A stretch of DNA of 57,221 bases, taken from positions 1 through 57,221 of the forward strand of contig CALXLP010000005.1 of NCBI GenBank assembly GCA_944389225.1, read 5' to 3'. Both the position numbers and the translations under genes were made by a program. Source of the DNA: an uncultured Clostridia bacterium (GTDB lineage: Bacteria > Bacillota > Clostridia > TANB77 > CAG-508). Under the pieces are notes generated by a model. It searched no databases. It was not told the origin of the DNA and saw only the letters and a program-made list of their open reading frames with translations. Positions 19,382-28,811 of the stretch are shown piece after piece. The number at the start of each line of letters is the position of its first letter. The stretch's first letter is position 1.

Positions 19382-19912
19382 CTATAACTTTTTTATCATT
19401 TCTTCTATTTGTTTATCTTCTTTTGCAGGGATTTCATTTGTATGTAATGAATAGATATAATCTTTTTCCCTATCAAAATCTGCATTCAAAAACTTAAAAA
19501 CTAATTTAGCTGTATCTAGTGCATGCTTTGGTTCTCCTGTTCCTCCACCAGCCAAAACTAAGATACCTCTTTTTTTCTTAAAAACAATTTTTTTATTTAA
19601 AAAGTATCGATTACTCCATATCCAATTTAATCTTGTTACCATATTAAACATAGGTGGTGTCATATTATACATATATACAGGAGAAGCTAAGATGAGAATA
19701 TCATAATCATCTTTATATAATTTCTCCATGTTATCTTTGATACTACAGCCTTCTTGTTTCCAACAATATTTACAATCTATACATGGTTTTATATTTTCAT
19801 CATATAAATAGATTTCTTCAATTTCTCCATTTAGTTTTTCTTTTATTTTACTTACTATATATGATGTGTTTCCATCTTTATGTGGTGAACCATTTAATAT
19901 TAATGTTTTCAT
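19382..19912 (-). CDS. Flavodoxin-like fold FMN reductase / iron-sulfur flavoprotein-like
   Basis: 176 aa with 'LILNGSPHKDGNTS' and a compact Cys cluster 'CIDCKYCWKQEGC'. Confidence 0.7.
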   Translation of the reverse strand: MKTLILNGSPHKDGNTSYIVSKIKEKLNGEIEEIYLYDENIKPCIDCKYCWKQEGCSIKDNMEKLYKDDYDILILASPVYMYNMTPPMFNMVTRLNWIWSNRYFLNKKIVFKKKRGILVLAGGGTGEPKHALDTAKLVFKFLNADFDREKDYIYSLHTNEIPAKEDKQIEEMIKKL

Positions 19913-20050
19913 TCTTTTTTCTTCCTTTATTTTTTCTTTATTATATCAACTATCATATTTTGAATCAATGATTTTTTAATATAAATACGAAAAAGAGCTT
20001 AGCCCTTTTGTTCTTTCTAAGCTAAGCTACCTTTTCCAAACTAATACTAA

Positions 20051-20380
20051 TCAATTAGCATGACGTATATCCCTTATGATATTATCGGAATATACGAACA
20101 AGTTAACTTTATCTCCCTCTTTGTAATCAGAAGAACCTTTCATAAACTTTTTTTGAAAAACTCTCCCATTCTCAAGATGAAACTCCCAAGTTTCCATCTT
20201 TTCTTCAGTATTTTGAGAAGTTGAGGATTTAATTTCAATTTTCTTAATTCTAGTCTCCAAAATAGTTTTAAGTTTTACCCGCCTATTTCTCTCTTTCTGT
20301 TTGATTTCTCGATGTTCAAATTCTGGTTTCTCGACGTCAACACTGCTTAAAATTCTTCTTAAAAATTCAAACACTTTCAT
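20051..20380 (-). CDS. Hypothetical protein
   Basis: 109-aa ORF that is basic and Lys/Glu-rich, with a hairpin plus T-run downstream (about 19996-20030). No family recognised. Confidence 0.4.
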   Translation of the reverse strand: MKVFEFLRRILSSVDVEKPEFEHREIKQKERNRRVKLKTILETRIKKIEIKSSTSQNTEEKMETWEFHLENGRVFQKKFMKGSSDYKEGDKVNLFVYSDNIIRDIRHAN

Positions 20381-20570
20381 TCATTTCCTTCCTCTTTTTT
20401 TGTTGTTAACTTCTAATTGTTTCTTAGTTATTATCTCTCCTTTCTTTCATTCGAAACCGGATGTTTCTACTGCTGAATCTGTATTTACTTATAACTTAGA
20501 TATTTTAACATATATTTAAAAGTTTTTCAAATAAACTGCAAGAAGAAGCCATTGCTGACTTCTTCTCTAC

Positions 20571-21353
20571 TTAATATAGAAAATAATGAGGAATCATCAT
20601 ATCTAGCTTTCGTATAAGCTGCCATGGTGTTTTAGGACACCACATTCCAGATGGATCCTCTTTTTTTAGCCATAGAACAGATTCTGTATATGCCTTTGCA
20701 TATAAGTTCATAACCATATATTGTATTTCCACGGTTTTCTCAATACCAAAGGTTCTTGATTTTTTAGCAATATAATCAAAATAAGTAATTTTATCATCTT
20801 TGAAAGATATCTTTTCATATATTGCTCTTATATGTTTCAGTTCCTTAGCTTCCTCGGGCTCAAATGTATCTGTAAGATGTCGATATCCTATCTCATCATC
20901 TTTATGACCTAATGCTTTTATGGCAATATGGATAAAGTCCTCAAACTCTTTATAAAACCGTTCTGTTTCAAATTTTTCATTCGGTTTTACATCATCTAGA
21001 GCTTGCCTTCTTATTACTTTTCCCATATTTAGAAGCAAAGAGTCTAGCTTTAGAGTATATTCCTTTTTTCGAATCTTTCGGATTATTTTTTTGCATTTAT
21101 AATACAAAGTTCCATAGAAACTCATTATCACCAATGCATATATCATTTCATCTTCTTTAACCCTTCCTCCAATCGGAATAACTCCATGTTCACAACGAAA
21201 TTCTATCATCCCTTCTGCATCAAGTCTTGTGTTCATATGGAAATGATTTAATTGTCTTACAATTTCATGAATTCTGAAATCTTCTTCTACTAAATCCATT
21301 AATTGTTTCCGCATATTTTCTATATTTTTTAATAATTCTTCTGATTTTCTCAT
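20571..21353 (-). CDS. Hypothetical protein
   Basis: 260-aa soluble ORF with its own upstream intergenic region. No family recognised. Confidence 0.5.
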   Translation of the reverse strand: MRKSEELLKNIENMRKQLMDLVEEDFRIHEIVRQLNHFHMNTRLDAEGMIEFRCEHGVIPIGGRVKEDEMIYALVIMSFYGTLYYKCKKIIRKIRKKEYTLKLDSLLLNMGKVIRRQALDDVKPNEKFETERFYKEFEDFIHIAIKALGHKDDEIGYRHLTDTFEPEEAKELKHIRAIYEKISFKDDKITYFDYIAKKSRTFGIEKTVEIQYMVMNLYAKAYTESVLWLKKEDPSGMWCPKTPWQLIRKLDMMIPHYFLY

Positions 21354-21445
21354 CCGTATATCCTCCCCTTAATTGTGGTTGAGTTATTGTAGTTACATAT
21401 TTATTATTATATCATTTTATACGATATTATGTCAATTTGAAACCA

Positions 21446-21478
21446 TATAAATAAAACCTATCCAAACTTGGATAGGTT
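21446..21478 (-). terminator. Intrinsic terminator after mutS
   Basis: AACCTATCC-6 nt-GGATAGGTT followed on the minus strand by a T-rich run. Confidence 0.65.
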
Positions 21479-21487
21479 CATATCATG

Positions 21488-24115
21488 CTATTTCATCTTT
21501 TCTTTTATTCTCACCAATGTATTTAATGCATCAATTGGTGTTAATTCATTTAAGTTAATTTTATCAATTTCATGAGCAATCTCTGCTAACTTGAAATTAT
21601 ACATATCAAACTGTCCTTCAACTTGTTTCTTATCTTTCTTTTCTTCTTTTTTACCTGTTAAGATATTTTTTCTTTCTAAAGATTTTAAGATTTTGTTTGC
21701 TTCTTCTGTTACTAGTTTTGGAACACCTGCTAATCTTGCTACATGAATACCATAGCTTTCATCTGTTCCTCCTCTCACAATCTTTCTTAAAAAGATAATA
21801 TCTTCTCCTTTTTCTTTAACGGCAATAGAATAGTTTTTAACACCTTCTACTTTGTTCTCTAATTCTGTTAATTCATGATAGTGTGTTGCAAATAACGTTT
21901 TTGCTCCACATTTTTCTTTATTTGCAATATATTCTGCTACCGCCCAAGCAATAGATAGTCCATCATAGGTAGATGTTCCTCTTCCGATTTCATCTAAGAT
22001 AACCAAACTGTTTGGCGTTGCTTCTTTTAAAATAGTGGCTACCTCCATCATTTCCACCATGAAGGTACTTTGTCCCATACTTAAATCATCAGATGCACCA
22101 ACTCTTGTAAAGATTTTATCAACCACACCAATTTTAGCTTCTTCTGCTGGTACAAAACTTCCAACTTGTGCCATTAACGTAATTAAGGCAACTTGTCTCA
22201 TATATGTTGATTTACCAGCCATATTAGGTCCTGTGATAATGGATAATCTATTTTCATCTTTGTCTAAATAGGTATCATTTTCAACAAACTCACCTGCACC
22301 TAGCATTTTTTCTATAACAGGATGCCTTCCACCCTTAATATCAATAACTCCTGAATTATCTACTTGTGGCATACAATAATTCATATCTTCTGCTACTTGT
22401 GCAAATGATGCTAACACATCTAATGTAGACACCATAGTTGCTGTTTTTTGCAATCTGATAACATTTTTAGCAATTTCTTCTCTAATTTTTGTAAATAAGT
22501 CATATTCTAGGCTAACAACCTTTTCTTCTGCACCTAAAATTTGATTTTCCAAGTTTTTCAATTCTTCTGTAATATATCTTTCTGCATTTGTTAAAGTTTG
22601 TTTTCTAATATATCTTTCAGGAACTTGATCTAGGTTTGATTTGGTAACTTCTATAAAATAGCCAAATACTTTATTAAATCCTACTTTTAAATTTTTAATT
22701 CCTGTTTTTTCTTTTTCATCAGCTTCCAATTGAATAATCCAATTCTTTCCCTCTGTTGTTGCTGTTTTTAATTTATCAACTTCTTCATCATATCCCATTT
22801 TAATGATTCCGCCATCTTTTACAGTCATTGGTGGATCATCTACAATAGATTTTTCAATCAATTCATAGATATCTTGTAACTCATCTAAGTTATCATAGAT
22901 GTCTTTTAACATAGCAGATGTACAATTTTCTAGTACTTTTCTAAGTTCTGGTAATCTTGCTAAAGAGTTTTTTAATGTAATCATATCTCTCGCATTGGCA
23001 TTACCATAAGCCATTTTTCCTGCTAGTCTTTCAATATCATAAACCTTTTTTAGATTATCTATCACATCACCTCTTAGCATGACATTTTCTTTTAATTCTT
23101 TAACAGCTTCTAATCTTCTATTAATCTCTAAAGTATCAATTAATGGATCATTTAGCCATCTTCTTAAATGTCTTCCTCCCATAGAAGTTGATGTTTTATC
23201 TAATACCCATAATAAGGTTCCTTTTTTAGATTTATCTCTCATTTTTTCTGTAATCTCTAGATTTCTTCTAGCATTCATATCTAATGACATATATTTTGAT
23301 ATTTGATAAACCGTAATTTTATTAATATGGTCTAAGCTAGTCATTTGTGTTTGCTCTATATATTCAATTAATGCATTGATACTAGCTACTGCAAAACTTC
23401 TTTCTTCTATATTTTCAATTGGTTTTTGATTGGTATCCACTAAGTTAAATCGTAATTTGATAATATCTGGTTTACTATCAAAAAATTTATCTTGAAATCT
23501 TGTAATATATGTACTAAAACGCTCTCTAATTTTACTCATTTCTTCTGTGCAATCTGCTAAATTAGAATTAATGACTAATTCTGATGGTGAATATCTTGCA
23601 ATTTCATCTAACAATTGTGGAAAATTGTTATTGTCTTTAATTTCTGCTGCATAGAATTCTCCTGTTGATATATCACATACACTAATACCAAAATAGATTC
23701 CAGATTTAAAAATAGACATGATATAGTTATTTTTTCTTTCTTCAAGCATATTGCTCTCTACAATGGTACCTGGTGTAACAACTCTAATAACACCTCTTTT
23801 GACAATTCCTTTTGCTGTTTTAGGATCTTCTAATTGTTCACATATAGCAACTTTGTATCCTTTTGCAATTAATCTGGAAATATACATTTCAGCTGCATGA
23901 TGTGGTACACCTGCCATTGGTGCTCTTTCTTCTTGTCCACAATCTTTTCCTGTTAATGTAATTTCTAGTTCTCTTGCTGCAGTAATGGCATCATCAAAAA
24001 ACATTTCATAAAAATCACCTAATCTATAAAACAAAATACAATCTTTGTATTGTTCTTTTGTTTCAAGATATCGTTGCATCATAGGTGAAAATTCTTTGTT
24101 TTTATTTTCTGACAT
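21488..24115 (-). CDS. mutS: DNA mismatch repair protein MutS
   Basis: 875 aa with 'PMMQRYLE...FYRLGDFYEMF', Walker A 'GPNMAGKST' and 'STFMVEM'. Confidence 0.97.
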   Translation of the reverse strand: MSENKNKEFSPMMQRYLETKEQYKDCILFYRLGDFYEMFFDDAITAARELEITLTGKDCGQEERAPMAGVPHHAAEMYISRLIAKGYKVAICEQLEDPKTAKGIVKRGVIRVVTPGTIVESNMLEERKNNYIMSIFKSGIYFGISVCDISTGEFYAAEIKDNNNFPQLLDEIARYSPSELVINSNLADCTEEMSKIRERFSTYITRFQDKFFDSKPDIIKLRFNLVDTNQKPIENIEERSFAVASINALIEYIEQTQMTSLDHINKITVYQISKYMSLDMNARRNLEITEKMRDKSKKGTLLWVLDKTSTSMGGRHLRRWLNDPLIDTLEINRRLEAVKELKENVMLRGDVIDNLKKVYDIERLAGKMAYGNANARDMITLKNSLARLPELRKVLENCTSAMLKDIYDNLDELQDIYELIEKSIVDDPPMTVKDGGIIKMGYDEEVDKLKTATTEGKNWIIQLEADEKEKTGIKNLKVGFNKVFGYFIEVTKSNLDQVPERYIRKQTLTNAERYITEELKNLENQILGAEEKVVSLEYDLFTKIREEIAKNVIRLQKTATMVSTLDVLASFAQVAEDMNYCMPQVDNSGVIDIKGGRHPVIEKMLGAGEFVENDTYLDKDENRLSIITGPNMAGKSTYMRQVALITLMAQVGSFVPAEEAKIGVVDKIFTRVGASDDLSMGQSTFMVEMMEVATILKEATPNSLVILDEIGRGTSTYDGLSIAWAVAEYIANKEKCGAKTLFATHYHELTELENKVEGVKNYSIAVKEKGEDIIFLRKIVRGGTDESYGIHVARLAGVPKLVTEEANKILKSLERKNILTGKKEEKKDKKQVEGQFDMYNFKLAEIAHEIDKINLNELTPIDALNTLVRIKEKMK

Positions 24116-25060
24116 TTATATTTCTTCTCCTTTCTTTCTTTCGTTTTCCTTATCTATTCCATTAATAATATCTTTTATTTCCCTTCTAAAAGAATCATCA
24201 TCTGTGTATTCTGGTAGCTTATACTTTTGCCATGCCCAATCACTAGGTTCTATTCTTTTTTCTAATTCTTCAGCAGGAATAACCCCAGACATGTGTGCAT
24301 CTCTCAAATTACACACACCTTCTAAAAATCTTTGGCTATTTTCTGAAATCAGAAATGGATTTTCTGTAAGAATATATTCTGATAATGACATATATCGGTT
24401 TCCTACCTTAACTAGAAAATTATCCCCAATAATCAAATGCATTTTTAGTTTTTTGATAGAATTTTTTAAAATCCTTGGGTATTTCACTATATATCTATTT
24501 ACTTGATCTTTGGATATATTGGGAGACCAATTATCAAATATTTCACACATGGGTTTCAATTTTCTTTCCACATCATTTGTCATAAATCTCGAATCTCTTA
24601 AAATCATCTGGATAACATCTTGTTTTGTAATATACCCCTCATCTCCTGGCTTCATTCCGTCATTTCTTTCAGTTACAAAATCAAATATTTCTACTAATTT
24701 CATAGCAAATGTGTCTTTTGCCATTGTTGTATGTTGATTAATATTTATATTTTCAAATATGGTTTCAATATCTTCTTTCCTTATTCCTAATTGTATTAAT
24801 TTTTCTATTGCTTCTTTATAGTTTTCTTCCCTTTGCTCTTTTTTTATTGTTTTTGCACTTTTTCTATTTTTTCGAAAATGGTTACTTAATACTCTTTGAA
24901 ATTCTTCTTTTTCTTCGTCTGACAAAATAGCTAAAATATTTTTTCTCAATGTTTTTCTATCAATATGAACTTCCTCTGCTAATGAACGAATGGATTGTCC
25001 TTGCATAATTTTATTTTTACAATCTATTAAAAAACTTCTTTCTAATATTAATTTATCCAT
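24116..25060 (-). CDS. Hypothetical protein with N-terminal HTH-like segment
   Basis: 314 aa with 'GQSIRSLAEEVHIDRKTLRKNI'. Its stop codon directly abuts the mutS ATG, so it appears co-transcribed with miaB and mutS. Confidence 0.55.
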   Translation of the reverse strand: MDKLILERSFLIDCKNKIMQGQSIRSLAEEVHIDRKTLRKNILAILSDEEKEEFQRVLSNHFRKNRKSAKTIKKEQREENYKEAIEKLIQLGIRKEDIETIFENININQHTTMAKDTFAMKLVEIFDFVTERNDGMKPGDEGYITKQDVIQMILRDSRFMTNDVERKLKPMCEIFDNWSPNISKDQVNRYIVKYPRILKNSIKKLKMHLIIGDNFLVKVGNRYMSLSEYILTENPFLISENSQRFLEGVCNLRDAHMSGVIPAEELEKRIEPSDWAWQKYKLPEYTDDDSFRREIKDIINGIDKENERKKGEEI

Positions 25061-25084
25061 ATAAACTTCCTTTAAATTTAACTT

Positions 25085-26506
25085 TTATTTTTCTACAACA
25101 ATTCCTTTTAAATACCACATATGTTCTGATACAATTTTTAATTCTATCATTTGATTAATTAAATTTTTGTCTCCTTCAAATATAACCACTTTATTGCTAT
25201 CTGTTCTTCCTGTTAGCATCTTTTCATTATTCTTACTCGTTCCTTCAACCAATACTTTTTGAATGGTTCCTACATATTTTTGATTATTTTCTTCTATTTG
25301 ACTTTCCACCAATGCTTTTAATCTATCAAAACGTTTATGTTTAATTTCTTCTGGAATTTGATTTTCCATTTTATCTCCTGGTGTTCCCACTCTTCTTGAA
25401 TAAATAAACATATATACTTGTTCAAATCTTACTTTTCTTACCACATCTAATGTATCTTTAAATTCCTCTTCTGTTTCTCCTGGGAATCCTACAATAATAT
25501 CTGTTGATAATGTTAGATTTGGTATTTTTGCCTTCATCTTATCTACTAGATTTAAATATTGTTCTTTTGTATATTTACGATTCATTTCTTTTAATACTTT
25601 TGTATTTCCAGATTGTAATGGTAAATGTATTAATTTACATACTTTATCACAGCTAGCAATTGCTTCAATGACATCATCTGTAAAATCTTTAGGATGTGGT
25701 GAAACAAAGCGAATTCTTTCAATTCCTTCTATTTTATTAATTGCTTTTAGTAATGTAGCAAAAGAATGAACACCTTCATATTCCTCAAATGGTATTCCTT
25801 TTTCTTTTTCTACTCGTAAATAGGAATTGACATTTTGCCCTAATAAAGTAATTTCTTTATATCCTTGTTTTGCTAATTCTTGTACTTCTTTGATAATTTC
25901 TTTTGGTTCTCTACTTCTTTCTCTTCCTCTTACATAAGGCACAATACAATAGGTACAAAAATTATTACAACCATTCATAATCGTAACAGATGCTTTTATA
26001 TCACTATCTCTTTTAATTGGTAGTCCTTCATATATCTCTCCATCAATATCTAAAATATCTTCTTGTTTTTTCTTTTCGATTAACGCTTTGTATAAATCTT
26101 CTGGGAAACGATATAATGTATGTGTTCCAAATATGATATCAACAAAAGGATAACTTTCTTTGATTTTATCGGTTATATGTTTTTCTTGCATCATACAACC
26201 ACCAATTGCAATAATCGTTCCTTTTTCTTCTTTTACACGTTTTAATTCTCCCAATTTTCCAAATAGCTTATCTTCTGCATTCTCTCTTACACAACAGGTA
26301 TTAAATAGATTTAAATCAGCATCTTGGAAGTTATTGGTTCTTGTATATCCCATTTCTTCTAACATACCACAAAGTTTTTCTGAATCATTTTCATTTAATT
26401 GACAACCCATTGTTAAAATATGATATTTTAATGTTTTTCCTTGATGTAATTGTTTTACTTTTTCTATATATTCTTCTTGTTTTTTTACTTCTTTTATTGT
26501 ATCCAC
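25085..26506 (-). CDS. miaB: tRNA-i6A37 methylthiotransferase (radical SAM)
   Basis: 473 aa with a UPF0004 N-domain, 'CNNFCTYC' radical-SAM cluster and a C-terminal TRAM domain. Confidence 0.92.
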   Translation of the reverse strand: MDTIKEVKKQEEYIEKVKQLHQGKTLKYHILTMGCQLNENDSEKLCGMLEEMGYTRTNNFQDADLNLFNTCCVRENAEDKLFGKLGELKRVKEEKGTIIAIGGCMMQEKHITDKIKESYPFVDIIFGTHTLYRFPEDLYKALIEKKKQEDILDIDGEIYEGLPIKRDSDIKASVTIMNGCNNFCTYCIVPYVRGRERSREPKEIIKEVQELAKQGYKEITLLGQNVNSYLRVEKEKGIPFEEYEGVHSFATLLKAINKIEGIERIRFVSPHPKDFTDDVIEAIASCDKVCKLIHLPLQSGNTKVLKEMNRKYTKEQYLNLVDKMKAKIPNLTLSTDIIVGFPGETEEEFKDTLDVVRKVRFEQVYMFIYSRRVGTPGDKMENQIPEEIKHKRFDRLKALVESQIEENNQKYVGTIQKVLVEGTSKNNEKMLTGRTDSNKVVIFEGDKNLINQMIELKIVSEHMWYLKGIVVEK

Positions 26507-26640
26507 ACTTATACCTCCATCATCTGCATATTTTATTATATTTTCGCGATTTTTGCAAGAAATTTGTCGGTAAAATCTTTTTTAATTCCTCTTTTAATGG
26601 TATAATATATAAAAAGACATACAAAGGAGGATTTTTAGAT

Positions 26641-27309
26641 ATGAATGATTTTAGTTCTTTATTAAAAACAAAAGCTTCTAAAAGAATTGGGCGTTCTAAT
26701 GTAATTGAAATATATAGGCAAGCAAGAAGTGAGAATAAAGAATTTTCATTAGAAGATTTACAATTATTAAATACGAACGATTTGCTAAAAAGAGATTTTA
26801 AGCATAAAATAGATAAACATATATTAGCTTTATGGGGAATGTTAGATATGAAATCTTTCGTTGATGCTTTATCAGGAAATACAGTAAATCCTTATTTTTT
26901 AACTACAAAAGATTTAAAACCTGTCAAAGATTTACCAGAATACACCTATCTATCTGATGAAGCAAGACTTTTAAATTTATTAGATATTAAATATATTAAA
27001 CATTTTGAATTAGAAGGAGTTTCATTTAGTGAAGTTTTTTTAGTAACTTATGAAATTGCAGATAAAGATAATTATTTTAGACCATATGTAACTTTTCTAA
27101 CACTAAATCAAGATAATCAATTTATTGAATTCGGATATGGATATGATACAAATGATAATGGTAATGTAGAGTTATTTTTATCTTCTTATAATTACTTGGT
27201 TTATTTAACGCCAAAAGGAGCTATCCATTCTCCATTGTCTGGTAAAATGACAAAATTAAAAATTCAAGATATCCTAACTTCTGAAGAAGTTTCAAAATTA
27301 TATAAATAG
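26641..27309 (+). CDS. Hypothetical protein
   Basis: 222 aa from the ATG preceded by AAAGGAGG. The longer 26341 start in the ORF track overlaps miaB antisense and has no RBS. Confidence 0.55.
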   Translation: MNDFSSLLKTKASKRIGRSNVIEIYRQARSENKEFSLEDLQLLNTNDLLKRDFKHKIDKHILALWGMLDMKSFVDALSGNTVNPYFLTTKDLKPVKDLPEYTYLSDEARLLNLLDIKYIKHFELEGVSFSEVFLVTYEIADKDNYFRPYVTFLTLNQDNQFIEFGYGYDTNDNGNVELFLSSYNYLVYLTPKGAIHSPLSGKMTKLKIQDILTSEEVSKLYK

Positions 27310-27311
27310 TT

Positions 27312-27337
27312 AAACCACTTTAAAAGTGGTTTTTTTC
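27312..27337 (+). terminator. Intrinsic terminator
   Basis: Perfect palindrome AAACCACTTTTAAAAGTGGTTT followed by TTTT. Confidence 0.75.
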
Positions 27338-27405
27338 GTACAGCTATTCTATACATAACTTTTTTTACACAAAAAAATAAAAGTAGAGTTTTTCTACTTT
27401 CATTT

Positions 27406-27606
27406 CTATGCAAGTCCATATTTTTTCTTGAATCTATCTGCTCTACCACCAGCTGTTTCTTGTCTTAAGTTTCCTGTCCAGAATGGATGACATTTAGAGC
27501 ATATATCTACTTTGATATCTTTTTTTGTTGAACCAACTTCTATAACATTTCCACATGCACATGTGATTGTTGTTTGGTTATAGTTTGGATGTATTCCTTC
27601 TTTCAT
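27406..27606 (-). CDS. rpmE: 50S ribosomal protein L31 (Zn-ribbon type A)
   Basis: 66 aa starting 'MKEGIHPNY', with CAC...CSKCHPF. Confidence 0.93.
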   Translation of the reverse strand: MKEGIHPNYNQTTITCACGNVIEVGSTKKDIKVDICSKCHPFWTGNLRQETAGGRADRFKKKYGLA

Positions 27607-27684
27607 TGATTGTTCACCTCTTTCTTAATTTGAAATAATCTGACTGTTTTTTATCATAACATATTTTTTTATATTTTTCAAGAC

Positions 27685-27864
27685 CTAATTCGTGTTATTT
27701 TCATTATTATTTGTTTCATTTTGTTGTTGGTCATATATATATTGTGCAGATGACAACATTTCACTGTTTAGTGAAAGTTTATGCACTAATTTATTCATTA
27801 TATTAAACACACAAGCTACTATTAAAATAAGCATCCCAATTTTTTTCCAATATTTAGCAAGCAT
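27685..27864 (-). CDS. Possible small membrane protein (59 aa; below the ORF-track cut-off)
   Basis: Hand translation gives MLAKYWKKIGMLILIVACVFNIMNKLVHK...NETNNNENNTN. AGGGAG lies 7 nt upstream of the ATG, and there is one TM segment. Confidence 0.3.
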   Translation of the reverse strand: MLAKYWKKIGMLILIVACVFNIMNKLVHKLSLNSEMLSSAQYIYDQQQNETNNNENNTN

Positions 27865-27967
27865 ATGTTTTCTCCCTTTCTTTAATATACATATATAATT
27901 ATATATATTTTTTCATGAATTGTCAATAATTTTTAAAGTTTTGGTTACAATAAAATTGGTGATTTGA

Positions 27968-28672
27968 ATGAACAAAAAATTAGGAATCTTTATCATTATT
28001 GGATTACTTGCATTAATTGGAATTGGTATCTATTTTTATGTGCAAAATACTAGTACAGATAAACAAGAAACAAATTATGAAGCCAATAAAACTTCAGTAG
28101 AAGACAATACATCTAATGAAGAAAATACATCTAATAATGAAACTACTAATGAAACAAAAAATACCACTTCTGAGAACACCACCAATACAGATAATACACC
28201 TAAAACAGTAGAAGAACAACTTTCTGCCTTTTCTACAAAAATTTATTCTAATGATGCGAATAGAACAAAAAATATGGAAATTACCACTTCTACATTAGAC
28301 GGAACCATTGTAAAAAAAGGTGAAACATTTTCTTTTTGTAATACAGTAGGTCCTGCTACTAGTACTAAAGGCTATTTAGAAGCAGATATTTATGATCATA
28401 ATGGGAACAAGAAAAAAGGTTATGGTGGTGGTAATTGTCAAGTTAGTAGTACTTTATATAATGCCGTGTTAGAAGTATCAGATTTAACAATCATTGAAAG
28501 ACATCCACATAGTAATCATGTACCTTATGTACCAGATGGCAAAGATGCGGCTGTTGCTTATGGTAGTTATGATTTCAAATTTCGAAATGATACCGGAAAT
28601 GATATAAAAATTTTATCTTCTGTTACAGAAGGCTTAGTTAATGTTACCTTAATGAGCTTAAAAACGCAATAA
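27968..28672 (+). CDS. VanW-domain protein
   Basis: 234 aa with an N-terminal TM, an Asn/Thr-rich linker, then 'GETFSFCNTVGP...GGGNCQVSSTLYNA', the VanW core. Confidence 0.85.
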   Translation: MNKKLGIFIIIGLLALIGIGIYFYVQNTSTDKQETNYEANKTSVEDNTSNEENTSNNETTNETKNTTSENTTNTDNTPKTVEEQLSAFSTKIYSNDANRTKNMEITTSTLDGTIVKKGETFSFCNTVGPATSTKGYLEADIYDHNGNKKKGYGGGNCQVSSTLYNAVLEVSDLTIIERHPHSNHVPYVPDGKDAAVAYGSYDFKFRNDTGNDIKILSSVTEGLVNVTLMSLKTQ

Positions 28673-28680
28673 GGGATTTT

Positions 28681-28770
28681 GGGACAATTTGGGACGTTTC
28701 TTTTTGGACATTTTTTACTTACAATAAAAATTAAAATAACTGTCCAAAAAGAAACGTCCCAAATGGACAT
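28681..28770. repeat. Repeat-family site A: two inverted copies forming a 23-bp perfect-stem palindrome
   Basis: TTTGGGACGTTTCTTTTTGGACA (28688-28710), a 30-nt AT loop, then TGTCCAAAAAGAAACGTCCCAAA (28741-28763). An extra GGGACA / TGGACA word flanks each side. It starts 9 nt after the VanW stop codon. Confidence 0.85.
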
Positions 28771-28811
28771 AAATTTTGTTTTTCTTTAATATCATTTTAA
28801 AAGGTGATAGT

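Noticed and set aside
26341-26640. N-terminal 100-codon extension of ORF 26341-27309
   Set aside because: It overlaps miaB antisense, is low-complexity (LLVFLLLLLYPHLYLHH), and a strong AAAGGAGG RBS precedes the internal ATG at 26641.
28080-28210. Asn/Thr/Ser-rich tracts in the VanW protein and in the carboxypeptidase (50450-50600) as tandem DNA repeats
   Set aside because: They are imperfect, in-frame low-complexity linkers after signal/TM segments, not exact tandem repeats. Such linkers are common in AT-rich Firmicutes surface proteins.
28567-28770. 67-aa ORF across the site-A palindrome, 63-aa ORF 34007-34198 across site B, and 64-aa ORF 48148-48342 across site D
   Set aside because: These are reading frames generated by the repeat elements themselves. 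They have no RBS, overlap better-supported genes or their ends, and have odd composition.
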